This document shows positions 22,179-44,730 of a stretch of DNA of 64,000 bases, piece by piece; the first letter of the stretch is position 1; every line of letters begins with the position of its first letter. The stretch lies in assembly GCA_964234715.1 (NCBI GenBank), contig OZ174276.1, one strand, 5' to 3'. A program made the position numbers and the translations under genes. A model generated the notes under the pieces. It saw only the letters and a program-made list of their open reading frames with translations. It had not been told where the DNA came from and made no database searches. Source of the stretch: Podarcis melisellensis. Taxonomy: Eukaryota.

Positions 22179-25100
22179 AATGACGCATAATTTGAAATGC
22201 TAGCCCCAGCAATGAGTGTGTAACATTTATGAAATTGGATAACATTATTGAAAGAATCAAAGTTTAAATGTTAAAAATGATAATACGTTTTGTTTTTAGA
22301 GTAAATGAGCAATAAGGGATTTAAACTTAAACTGCAATTGAAAGTACAAAAGAAACACATGAAACAAGGTTATAATTTGCTGATAAATTTATTGTTAAGA
22401 ATGCATTGTGCGGGAGATGTGGGGAAGTTCGATAGAAAGTTGAAATAAGTTGTGGAAGGGTTATGAATTTTTTATCTTCTTTTTGCCTATTTTTTGTTTT
22501 TTTCCTCTTTTTTCTTTTTTTTCTGTCTATGTCTGAAAAAACACAATAAAAACTATTTAAAAAAAAAAAAGAAATGTGTTAGTTTTTCGGTGCCACGAGA
22601 CTTTATTGTTTTTTGGGGAAAGAATATTCTTCTGGCAGCTTATAAAGTTGCTGCCTTTTTTAAAAAAAAAAAAAATGGAAAGTATCATCTGGAGAGTAGC
22701 GGTTTAGCTTTTGTGTCTCCAGCCATATTGTTGTAAATACATTCCATGATTATAGAGCTTTCTCACTCTCTAGGATTTTGCCTAGGCTGGAACTCCATGC
22801 TGGGCAAGGTGGTCCTGATTATTTGTGTTTGATGACCAACAGCAAGCTAAGCCACTAGAATGTGCATAACGCCACATCTGTCATTGGGATGGCTGAGAGA
22901 AACAATTTTGCAGGCAGACTGAATGTGGAAAGGAGAGAGAGAGAAAAAAAATTGGTGCTAGTTTTGAACTTGTTGGAAAAGTTTGCTAAGTTGCTGCTGA
23001 GCAGAAACTGCTGCATAGCATACCACCTGGTAGACTGTTGCTGTTTTAAAGTTAGTATTACCATGCTTGCTTCCTGTCTCCTCAGCCTCCAAATTTATAC
23101 ACAACCAACTTTCAGTAGTGTTGTCTTGTAATGAAACTTGTAATATAAGAATAGTCCTGGAACCTGCTACATACTGTATCAGAGAAGTGTGTGGCTCTGC
23201 AGCATGTAACACAATTATTTCTCAGAAGTTGCAAGAAGAATGTAAACCAAGTCAGTTCATTCACTGTACTGTACCACAAAAATGTGACACCGTTCAAATA
23301 ATGACATTGAAGATGCATTTGATTAAAGTGGTGAATTCTAGTCAATGAATGCTTGTGTCATAACCATTTTTTTAGCATTTAAGGTGCTGCAAAATTATTT
23401 TAAAGTCAAAGCAGACTACAATAATCACCTGTGGCTGATTTGAATTCAAGGCTTTTGTCAGACACATCTTCACCAGGATATTCCTTAAAACCCACTTGCT
23501 GAACAGGGATGCTCTCATGGTATGTGATGAGTGTCAGATGATTGAATGAGGCTTGAAAATGAGATTGTTGAATTTGGTGTGTATACACCCATATCTCTCA
23601 CTTCTGCTTAGTTGGCTGTGCAAGGCTCTGTATTGCTTCAAAACCCTATTTCACCAGAAGCCTAAGCTTGCTTCATGACAAAAAGGTAAGATAAAAATTC
23701 CTAAATAAGTTTTTTTTAAAAAAAAATGGCGAGAGATATAACAAAAATGTCTGTACACGACTGGAATCAAAGCCTCTCCCAAGCCTCTCTCAGCTCTCTT
23801 GAAATGGCTATCTGTTTCCCACCTTAAAGAACTTTATCCTTGATAAACATGAAGCATATGGCACACCAAAATCCAGCGCATCATGACTGAGGATATGGTT
23901 GCTGGAGACTGTGGTCTGTGTTAACAATGGAAACCCTGTTCTACCCAGGATTTCCCCCCACATAATTCTATGCTGTGCAAGTACTGTAGCAGGGGGCTTT
24001 CCTAGAGTGACAACATATTTAGGAATGCACACTATTATGCATCATCCATGCAGAATTGGAAACTGACAGATGATAGACCTACTTTTCTAGTTGTCCACAT
24101 AGAATTATGTTTATATGAAACAGGAATTGGTGATGGGGCTGTGTTGGTGCACTGACTACAGAATGGGATCTCTTTCTCTTGTTCTTCAGTTATTCAATAT
24201 ACTAGGCACATAACAGTCACCCTGCCTTTCAAATAAAGTTTCAATCATTTAAAAAGAAAAGAAGTAACCTGCGTATTTAGCTAGTTTTGCTTGATTTACT
24301 TTTTGGACAGTTGCAAGACAAACAATGGGCAAAGCTGTTCCCCCTCTTCCCTTAGACATTTTAACAGCTGTGTATCTTTAGTGTATAGTCAGAATTTGTT
24401 CTGGGGTCTATCCTGAAATAGTAAAAGAAAAATCTTGGGATCCACCCTAGAGACTTTTATTCCCCTGTTCTGTGGCTGCCACACCCAGGCTACAGAATTT
24501 TTTTTTGTTTCAAGAGTTACCAATCCTGCTCTTCAATTGCCAAGATTTTTCATTTTACCCGATCATCACATTCAAAGATGCATAGAACTTTAAAAACAAA
24601 CAAACCCCTGTTAAGTTGTACAAATAGAAAGCATGCTGTAATGAAACATGCCATATGGTAGTATTTATACCACTGGGTTGTGGTCACTTGAGCTTTGCTT
24701 ACTCTCTCTCTCTCTCTCCTCCTGTCTGTCTGTCTCTCTCCCTCTCCCCACCCCGCCTATGTTCCAGGAAACCCCCTGCACAAAAATATGAGCTGTTCAC
24801 TGTCCAGTTGTGCATAGCTTATTCTATATATAAAATATCCTTTGAAGGGTTCAGACAACTTCACAGAGAGAGGCCAAGAAGATCTTAGCTCAGTGAGGTT
24901 CTGAATAGACTATGCTGTGAATGTCATTCATCCTACATCAAGCAGAAATATTTCACTAGCAGCCTTTATAAATACCATTGATATTTCTGATTCAGGCAAC
25001 CCCTAGTTAAGCTGTCTGAAAGGAACCAGTCATGAAGCAGAGTGAAGAAGCTGGAGCAGTGATGATGGCAGGAACTGAGGCCTCATCAGCATTCTATAAC

Positions 25101-25794
25101 TATGTGAAAGTCTGGGCCTCATGTCTCACAATGGATGGGGATCTCATTTTGAGTGGTAATCTGATCTATTAGGCTAGGGAAGTCAAATATGGTGGAATGT
25201 GGTTTGTTATTATGTATTTATTACACTTGTATCCCACCTTTCTTCCAAGGAACTCAAAGTGATTTACATTAGTCTTGCCCCACCTCCGCCCATAATGTCT
25301 TCACAACAACTCTGAGGAAGTGACTGAGCTCAAGGTTATTGAGCTTCAAAGAGGTGGATTGAGTTAAACCTGGGTTTCACTTGTCCTACTGCTGCACTCT
25401 ACCCACTAAGCTACATTGACTTTATAGAGTTTATGGTGCAAAATCCGACTTTGGTTTATGGTTACCCTTCCAAAGTTTGCCAGTTCCATGCATTTACTGT
25501 GCCATCTTTGTGCATGGTGCTCTACAAAGAACAGATATGGCAGGTCTGTACGCCAAGGCGTTCTGGAAGAAGGGAAACAGGAATAGTGAAAGGAGTGTGG
25601 TGCTCAGTTTCTGCCACCATCCCTCAGTTGCCATACACACATATGTAAACATCTACATGCTGTTTTCTGCTCTTCAGCAAAATCCTGGACAAAGACGTCT
25701 TTTTCTCCACCAGGTTTCCAGTTCAGAGGTCATTCCACTGAGGCAGCCATCACTTCATCCCTTGGAGTGGTAGCCAAGTGGTATTTTAATTGCT

Positions 25795-25923
25795 CTACAT
25801 GGAGAAGGCCCCAGGTTTGGTTCCTGGTGTCTCCATGGAGAGTTCTTGCCAGTCAGTGTCAACAGTACAGAGTGAGGTGAACCAATTGTTTGACTTGGTA
25901 TAAAGGCAGCTTCCTATGTTCCT
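25795..25923 (+). mobile_element. Degenerate Squam3-like SINE
   Basis: gaaggccccaggtt...ccagtcagtgtcaacag...tgacttggtataaaggcagcttcctatgttcct. Confidence 0.65.
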
Positions 25924-27464
25924 TTCTCTTTGTGAGCTCAGTGGCCCATTTGATATTGCTTTTCTTGGCCATTTCTGGTCTCTCCTTTTGCCTGTATGTT
26001 CTGTCCTTGCATCTCCACATTTGTTGAGCCCTGGGCTGGGCAGCGGCAACAACCCAGCTAGGTTAGGCAGGCACAGCTGCACAGTATAAATGTCTTTTTC
26101 TGGCACTGTGCAGATTCCGGCTTGCTGTGCTAATGCAACACAATAACTAGCCACATTGTGTGAGGGCCTAAGTACCGCTGTATCCTGCTCATGTGGCACT
26201 CAGCAGAGGATGTGACTGCGCAGAAGCACTGCATTCTTAGCTAACACAGACAGGGGGGTTGTTGCAAACTTTATTTGAGAATGGCCAAAAAAGAAAAGAA
26301 AGCTACATTCATTGTGGTTTCATAAAAAGACAGGCTGAAAACCAAGAAGGATGGCTGCTAAAGTAATAAAGCGGTTCAGAGAACAGCTTGGATGGATATC
26401 GTATTAAATCTCCAGGATTCATTTGAGGAAAGATGGTTGAACAAATCATCGTTTCAAAAAAACCTATTCCACACTGAAAAAGAGATAGATATAAATGATA
26501 ATGCTTGCCTGTATTATTCTCTGTGCCTGGAAAGAGCACCAAAGGCAGCTCCCCACCCCCCCCCCACACACACTGTGCTGATTGGTGTGAGGAGAGGGGT
26601 GATTTTTGCCAAGATCACAGCTGTGGAGGGAAGGCTCACACCTCACCTCCCTGCACACTGACTGCAGTGCTGATATTCACTATTGCATCTGCCTACCCTG
26701 TGACCACGACCACCACCAACATGCCTGGTATTTTCTTTTTTAAAACTCATGGTGGGGTTGCTAATCACATTGTTAACATGGTATGCAGCTGCACTCTCAG
26801 AGGGGAAAAGTAAAAAGGCAGTGAAAGAAACAGTGCAGAAAGCAGAGCCGGGGGCAGTGAATCTTCGCCAGGCCTCAACAAGGACAACCCAGATGGTGTG
26901 GAATCGTTTTTGAATGTGTGTATGTGTGTGTGTTGGAATCGTTTTCAATAGTTTTATATATGGGACGTCTTATAATTTCTTGTTTTACAGATGTAACTTT
27001 TCTGTTTGCTTTACCATGGTATATTTTATTGTTGTAACCCCAATTTTATTAGGGAGTAACTCCACTGAATACAGTGGGACTTACGGTACTTCTGGGGAAA
27101 CATGTATAGGGTTACATTGTTCATTGTGAATAAGAGGCATGCAGACTTCTATTTGGGTGTATAAACACAAACAATAAGCACTAATGGTAACAAATTGTGA
27201 TTTATTTTTTCCTAATTCCTCATGTTTGGGGAATCTGTGGTCTTTCAAATGTTTCTGGGCTAGAACTCTCATAACCCTTACAACTGACTGGAGGGATGAT
27301 GATATTGTGTGTCCAACAATATCTGGAGGGCCAATGGCTCCACATTCCTGAGCTCCACCGTTGACACTTTTTATAACATTTCATTTTCTTCTTCATTTTT
27401 CATATCTCCATAGTGAAGTCATATGCTCTGTGCTTCTAGTCTTTCTAAAATATACCACACATAC

Positions 27465-27598
27465 TAGGGTTGCCATATTTCAAAAAGTAAAGAATTTTTT
27501 CGGAAACCCTCAAAATAGTTGAACTTTTCTTTTGACTTGCCTAAGATCCAGGACAAAACACCACATGTCCAGGAAAATCCAGACATATGGCGGCCCTA
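27465..27598. mobile_element. hAT-type MITE (TAGGGTTGCCATA ends)
   Basis: TIR tagggttgccata / tatggcggcccta. A related 50-bp derivative lies at 35353-35402. Confidence 0.7.
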
Positions 27599-27638
27599 TA
27601 TTAGGCCTGAGCCATGACACTAAAAATAGGTTCTAATA

Positions 27639-27855
27639 CAGTGGTACCTCGGGTTAAGAACTTAATTCATTCTGGAAGTCCGTTTTTAACCTGAAGCACC
27701 ACTTTAGCTAATGGGGCCTCCCGCTGCCGCCGCCACGCGATTTCTGTTCTCATCCTGAAGCAAAGTTCTTAACCCAAGGTACTATTTCTGGGTTAACGGA
27801 GTCTGTAACCTGAAGCGTCTGTAACCTGAAGCATCTGTAACCCGAGGTACCACTG
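27639..27855. mobile_element. Tc1/mariner-type MITE (family A)
   Basis: Perfect TIR cagtggtacctcgggtta / taacccgaggtaccactg with TA TSD. Homologous to 15289-15529. Confidence 0.92.
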
Positions 27856-28612
27856 TACTAACTTCTGGTGGTCCCTGGCCTAATTTAAACTCTGAAATAA
27901 TTAGTTCCTTCGTTTTTGAGAGTTTGGATTTAAGGTCACAATTGTGAACAACCAGGAACAAATGTTTTTTGGCATTTTCAAAGCTTTGTTGCTTAAATCT
28001 TTTGCCAATGGGTGTGTTTGCATTCCCCTAAAAATGGACGGATTCAGAAACTTGTGAAGTGATATTCATTAATTTGAATGGGTAAAATTCGAGTAACTGG
28101 AGTTCATCTTTGTCTGGAACATATATTAATGCCCTCCCACATGGAAGTCTTCCCCTCTATCCAATGGGTTACAGAAAACAGTTGATGTTTCTCAGTGAAA
28201 AAACAGTGACATCTGCACATGTTTAAATGTACTTTTTCCTTTGTAAGCACTGTATGCAGCTTAATGTGTGCAAGGGAAGGGGCTTAAAAATTGCAGCTGC
28301 ACAAACCCAAGAGTCAACAGCTGCCCCTGATTTAAACATTTTTGCTGGCCCTGTTCCTCTGCCTGCAGCTGCAACCTGACACACACAAATCTAGCAGGTA
28401 AACATTTCCCCACCACTTCAAGCCAGGAAATATTCGTCTGTGAACTAAAACAATTGTTTATCAGGCTGCTGTTAAAAGCATAGGTGCAGGAGCAGTCAGA
28501 ACCATCCTACCTCTAATGTTAAACTCTCTACTGCTCATTTTAAAAAGTAGTTCAGAGTTACACGGATGCCCCTAATCTCTAAAAACTTCCTTAGGCTCCT
28601 AAGAACAACTTA

Positions 28613-28741
28613 TTTTTTTAAAAAAATATTTTTTATTCAATTTTTCCAATATAAAATTTATACAATTCATACATCTTTTTTATATCCATTCTCTTTTTTG
28701 ACTTCCCTCAACTTGACTGATACTCCTTCCCTTCTTGACTT
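28613..28741 (-). mobile_element. Very short retroposed 3' end (probably L1 3'UTR) with 23-bp TSD
   Basis: TSD cttaggctcctaagaacaactta at 28590-28612 and 28742-28764. The minus strand has gggaagtc, AATAAA and an A-rich tail. Confidence 0.8.
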
Positions 28742-29199
28742 CTTAGGCTCCTAAGAACAACTTAGTTGTTTTTTAGCAACATCCGAAGATTCCCTACAAC
28801 TGTTTTAGGATGATCAGGATTGGGGATGTCACTTGCCCATTCTTATTACAATGCCACACAAATTATTTTTTGTGTTTATACCTTGCATTGGGAGGAGGCA
28901 AATACATTTGCTGGACTACTCTGGAGATGACAGATTCTAGAGGCATATTGTGGCGTTAGTTTTCATAGCCACTTCAGGTGAAGCTGTTGTCCTGCAACTG
29001 ATAATGTTGGCTCTGAGCCTCTGGCCTACAAAAGCTTATGCCATGCAATTTGTTAGTCTTGAAGATACCAAAATACTCTTACCTGAGGTAATAAGGAAAA
29101 GGTTCAACTCCTGGACCAATTTAAACTATTTCATACTGTGTATTTGAAAAATAAAAATCTGTAAGAGTTTAGCCATTCTTTCAAATGAAATTTGCATAT

Positions 29200-29576
29200 G
29201 TAAAAAGATAAAGGACCCCTGCACGGTTAAGTCCAGTCAAAGACTATGGGGTGTGGTGCTCATCTCGCTTTCAGGCCAAGGGAGCTGGTGTTTGTCACAG
29301 ATAGCTTTCCGGTCATGTGGCCAGCATGACTAAATCACTTCTGGCACAATGGACACTGTGACGGAAGCCAGAGCACACAGAAACACCATTTACCTTCCTG
29401 CCACAGTGGTACCTATTTATCTACTTGCACTGGTATGCTTTCAAACTGCTAAGTTGGCAGGAGTTGGGACAGAGCAACAGGAGCTCACCCTGTTGCGCAG
29501 ATTCAAACTGCTGACCTTCTGATCGGCAAGCCCAAGAGGCTCAGTGGTTTAGACCACAGTGCAACCCACTTCCTGG
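29200..29576 (-). mobile_element. Full-length Sauria SINE
   Basis: Minus-strand pol III A-box-like (tgtggtctaaa) and B-box-like (gtttgaatc) motifs, typical body, (acctt)-type tail. 10-bp TSD atttgcatat at 29190-29199 and 29577-29586. Confidence 0.88.
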
Positions 29577-32500
29577 ATTTGCATATATATACTACAGTGA
29601 GTGAAAGTATTAACCTTTCCCCCCGAACCAGACCTTGGCTTTAAAAGTGCATGGCAGAGCTTTCGTGTGATTGCGCTTCACTGTTTGTCATATTTGGAGA
29701 AGGCTGCTCAATACACGCACTTAATATGGTTGCTAAGGGTTTTGTTATTGTTTTACTGGTTGTGTGCCTTAAAAGTCAATGGACACAAGATATTTAGCTG
29801 GTAAAACTTTTCCCATCACTTTGGTTGAAGACAGATGATAGCAATTTCAGAGCTGAAAGTGAGTGGGGAAAAGCACTGTTGGTTTTCTTAACCATGGTGT
29901 GTCTATTCCTAACACTGCTGTTTGTGGTAAACAGATTTGGCTGGGGTTTGTAGTGCTCGGGGAACCTGCAAAACCCATTTGACCAGGAGCAATATAAGCC
30001 AAAAGCAGTGAATGTTTGCACCACACCTAACACAGAGGAGGCTGGACTATTGGAGGAAATGGGGCACTTCCCCACCAACCTCAGTTCACCCTCAGCCAAC
30101 CCCCATCAGCTTACCTTCCTACAAACCAGTCCTGAGGGTGGGACAGGCTGTCAACTCCCTCCTTCTTAGTCTATGTTACCTTTGTACAGTTCAGCGAGGG
30201 GTGGGGCAGCAAAACTAGTAGTTGGCTCTGTCTGCCACTGACTCTAGCGCCACCTACTGCTGGCCTCCCTACCGTCGGCCCCACGAGTTCCAATGGGCAC
30301 CAGCCACCACTGCCTACATGCCTCAGTCATATTGCTTTCATGCTAAATATTCCAGTCTCCATCCCTGGCATGCCCAGATGCAGCTAGGAAAGATTGCTGC
30401 ATGAAACTCTTAAAAACTAACAGGAGCAGGGAAATATTCGATGGAAATGATATCTGAGTCCTTAAGAGTCAAATGTGATCTCAAAATACTGTGAAAACAA
30501 GGAAAGGGTAGTGACTTTTTCACAGTTCAGAGTCTCTTTCCTCCATCTCCCTTCCCTGTGTGTGATTTCCTCCTATCTTTCTTGGTTTGAGCCAAAGCAT
30601 AGTCCTACCAGCACACTTATGGTTTGCACGTGCCCCAAAGTGGAAACCAGGGTGGACCGTGGCTTGCAGTCTTGGTCTGCATAGCAGAAACCATGCTTTG
30701 CTAGCTCAAGTGAAATGGCAAGCTACAGTTTGCCTCAAACTAGGAAATGTGGGAAGGAATGGAAACATGCAAAGGGAGGAGGGGGGTCGTGTGAGCCCAA
30801 CGGTCCAGCCAGGCTCGTTCACATAGCACCTAAGCATAGTTTGGCACCATGTCTGAAACATCAGTCTGGATTTAATAAAACTGCAGTCAACCAATATATG
30901 GTTCCAGCTAGCCGATACTGCAATTTGTTTAAAAAAGAAAAGAAAAAAGATTGGGGCAGGACAGATGGGAAAAAGCAGATGGAGTGAACAATCCGACAGC
31001 TGTTTTATACTTTGGAGCCATAGTTATGTGGGAAATAGCACATTTGCCCACAAGAATTCTTGAAGGTCATCTTTCACCCAGTAATCTGTTTCAGAGCTAG
31101 GGCATGCTTTTGGCTATTAATAAGACTTTCCCTTAAAAGCACTATTGACATAGCATGCACAATGGAAGCTGAGGGTCTGGTTGCAGCATTCATGATGGAT
31201 AAGCCTGGTCCTCAACTACCTTAACTGTATTCAGCACAGTTGGAACAATGTACTGGAAATGCTAGGTCCAAAGTATAGAGTAAAACCATAAACCATAAAG
31301 ATATTGAAAGGATAAACTGTACACAATTTTGATGAGATACTGCCAACCATTGTCAGTGAAAATTACCAGTGAAGTATATGAACTTCTTTGTTCCTTTTAG
31401 GTTTTTCTGCTTCAGTTCTGACTGCTAGCTTGAAATATATTATCATAAGGTTGTGTACTGCTAGCATTCTAAAAACGATTTTTAAAAATTTATAATAAAA
31501 TCACCCCATACATGTATAGAATGTATAAACTTTTGAAGCAGCCAATCTTTTCTGTTATAACAAATATCCCTGAAGAGACATTAAAGTGGCTACTGTGTTT
31601 TCACTTATTATTACATGGACACAATAGGATCATGACATTCTTAATTCATAGTTCATCACAATATATAGAGCTAACAACATACAGTTCATGTGATTTTATT
31701 TTAATGTAACAAAAATGGAACAAATGTACTATCAACCCCACCCTCAAAACAAAGAAAAATATCAAAATAAAATTAAATGTTTTCTAACATGAACATTTAG
31801 CAACATTACCTTCTGTTACATCTATTTTTCAAAATATACATTTAAAATGAATGCCTGAGATATTATTGTTAATTATACTCTGGTATAGAATCATAGCCCA
31901 CTTGTATACAACACACACAGCTAGATTCACCAATACTTGTTCTTAGAAACATTCAACAGTCCCATTTATGTGGGCTTTAAATATGAAATCCTCTTATCGA
32001 GGAGGAAGCTAAAATCATAAGAAGGGCTGTAGAATTTCAGATTACTATGTAACCATTTTCAGCATATATATATATATGAAACAAGTGCTTTAAAAAGATA
32101 GCAATTTTTAAATCCTGAAAATAAACAGAATTTCACTTGCTCCATAAATATGCAGATTAGAATGAAAATCCCACTATGTCATCTAGGAACATAAATACAG
32201 TAACAAAAGTTCTGAGTTAGGAAAGTCTGCCCTCATAAGTGAGTGATCCTATTACCATGTAGGATTAGACGGGCAAGTCCCTAGAAAAGCCTGGTGAATG
32301 TATCTGCTGCTTCTGGCATTGCATCGACATAAAACAGATGGCATTATGTCCTGACTCCATGAATGACTCGCACCTCTTCTTTGCATGCATGTAAAACTGA
32401 ATACATGGTGCAGATAGATCACTGCTGTGTCAGTGCAGTATCAATAAAGTGCATTAGTCAGGTTCTGGAAGTGCTACACACTGTTTGACAGAAAGGTGGT

Positions 32501-32757
32501 GCACAAACATATAATACAAACAGCTCAGTCTTAAGACCTGCCCTGACCAGGTAAAGTATATGAAATCAGGTATATTAAGGTACAACTCCTGCGATGGTAC
32601 AATGCCCTGAAAAACCTCCAATGTATCATAACAATTCAAAAACCTGAATCAATTATGTCTTCTTGACCACACTCACTAAAATAGTGTTATATGACCAACA
32701 TGTTTTATTTCATGTTTTAAAAAATTATGCTGGATACTATCATTTGGGTTTTTAAAA

Positions 32758-43590
<10,833 letters not shown>

Positions 43591-44277
43591 GCCGCAGCCC
43601 GCCCCCCGGGGAGAGGGATTGTTGCGGGGATTGTGAGCTCAGCCTCCGCCCTCTGTGACCGCCCGTTTGTTTCCTGCGGTTGGTTCGCAAACGTTCTCGG
43701 CTCCCCCTCCCGCCAGGGCCACGCGCGCCGCGCTCGGACCCCGCCCTCCGGAGCCTCGCGCCGCCTCGGGGCACCGGCGGTAAAATGGCAACAGCCGCGG
43801 GGCTGGCTCCACGTGCCTCCCGCACTTTCCCCTCGCCGGTGTCGCCAGGGCGACCCCGGGGGCCGCGTAACAATGAGGTCGCCATGGAGACCCCGGGAGG
43901 AACCCACGCGCCTTGCCCGCTTTTTTGAAAGGGCTTCGTTTGGCGGCGGCGCGCGCCGGCTCCCTCGCCCCCAACGTTCCCTTTCGCCAACAGCTACCGT
44001 TCCCTCAGCCCGTGCGCTTTCAGCGCGTCGCCTCCTTCCTCATTTCCCCTCGTCTACGGGAGTCCTTCTTTTCAAACCCAGCGTCGGGGTTGGGAGGATG
44101 GAGGCGACCACGGCGAGGATAAAACTTAAAAGGAGTGCGGGACGGGTTACCCTTGCACAGTGCGACGCGTGTTGCACCTGACCGTGGGAAGGGAAGACGC
44201 GCGTTCAACGGGCAAAGAGAACTGGATTAATGGAGACCCGAAACAACACTGTCGGAATCCCCATTAGGCACGTTCGC

Positions 44278-44395
44278 CCGCCTTTCCTCAACCCGGCGTC
44301 GCGGGACTACAATTCCTATCAGCCCCGGCAGGCTTGGCCAGTGGCCGGGGATGATGGGAATTGTAGTCCCCCGGCACCGAGTTGAGAAAAGGCAG
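44278..44395. mobile_element. Palindromic MITE inside the bidirectional promoter
   Basis: Outer arms gcctttcctcaac / gttgagaaaaggc and inner arms gggactacaattcctatc / gatgggaattgtagtccc. Same core as the MITEs at 1659 and 40171. Confidence 0.75.
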
Positions 44396-44730
44396 GCGCG
44401 CGCGCAAATAACACACACGGCGCGAGGGCCTCCTTTCCTCCCCCGCCCCCATTAAACGCCCCACAGCAGCCTACGCACATCCAGGATGGGCGGCATCGAG
44501 ACTGGAGGGCGTGGCTTTCAGCCTCGGTTCGCTCTGCATTTATCCCGTCGCCTCTGCTGCGAGGCTTTTTGCGCCCGGCACTGCGAGGCGGCTAATGCGG
44601 TTAGGGAGCTGCAATCCCGAAAGACCTTGCGGCGTCATAGAGACCGGCGGCTAGAGCGGAGGACGGGGGGAGTGTTTGTGTGTGTGTGCGCGCGCCAGCC
44701 TTCCGGGATCGCGCAACGCAACTTCCGCTG

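Larger units (their letters stand above)
16321..22570 (+). mobile_element. Full-length L1-clade non-LTR retrotransposon (~6.25 kb)
   Basis: TSD aagaaatgtgttagtttttcgg at 16299-16320 and 22569-22590. CpG-rich 5'UTR starting gacttccgg. Intact ORF1 and ORF2. AATAAA at 22545-22550 and a poly(A) tail. Confidence 0.97.

Noticed and set aside
30246-30260. Second CTCF-like motif (gcagtaggtggcgct, minus strand)
   Set aside because: Nearly the same string (ccacctactgctggc) occurs at ~55883 in repeat-like context, so it is likely part of a dispersed repeat; weak support.
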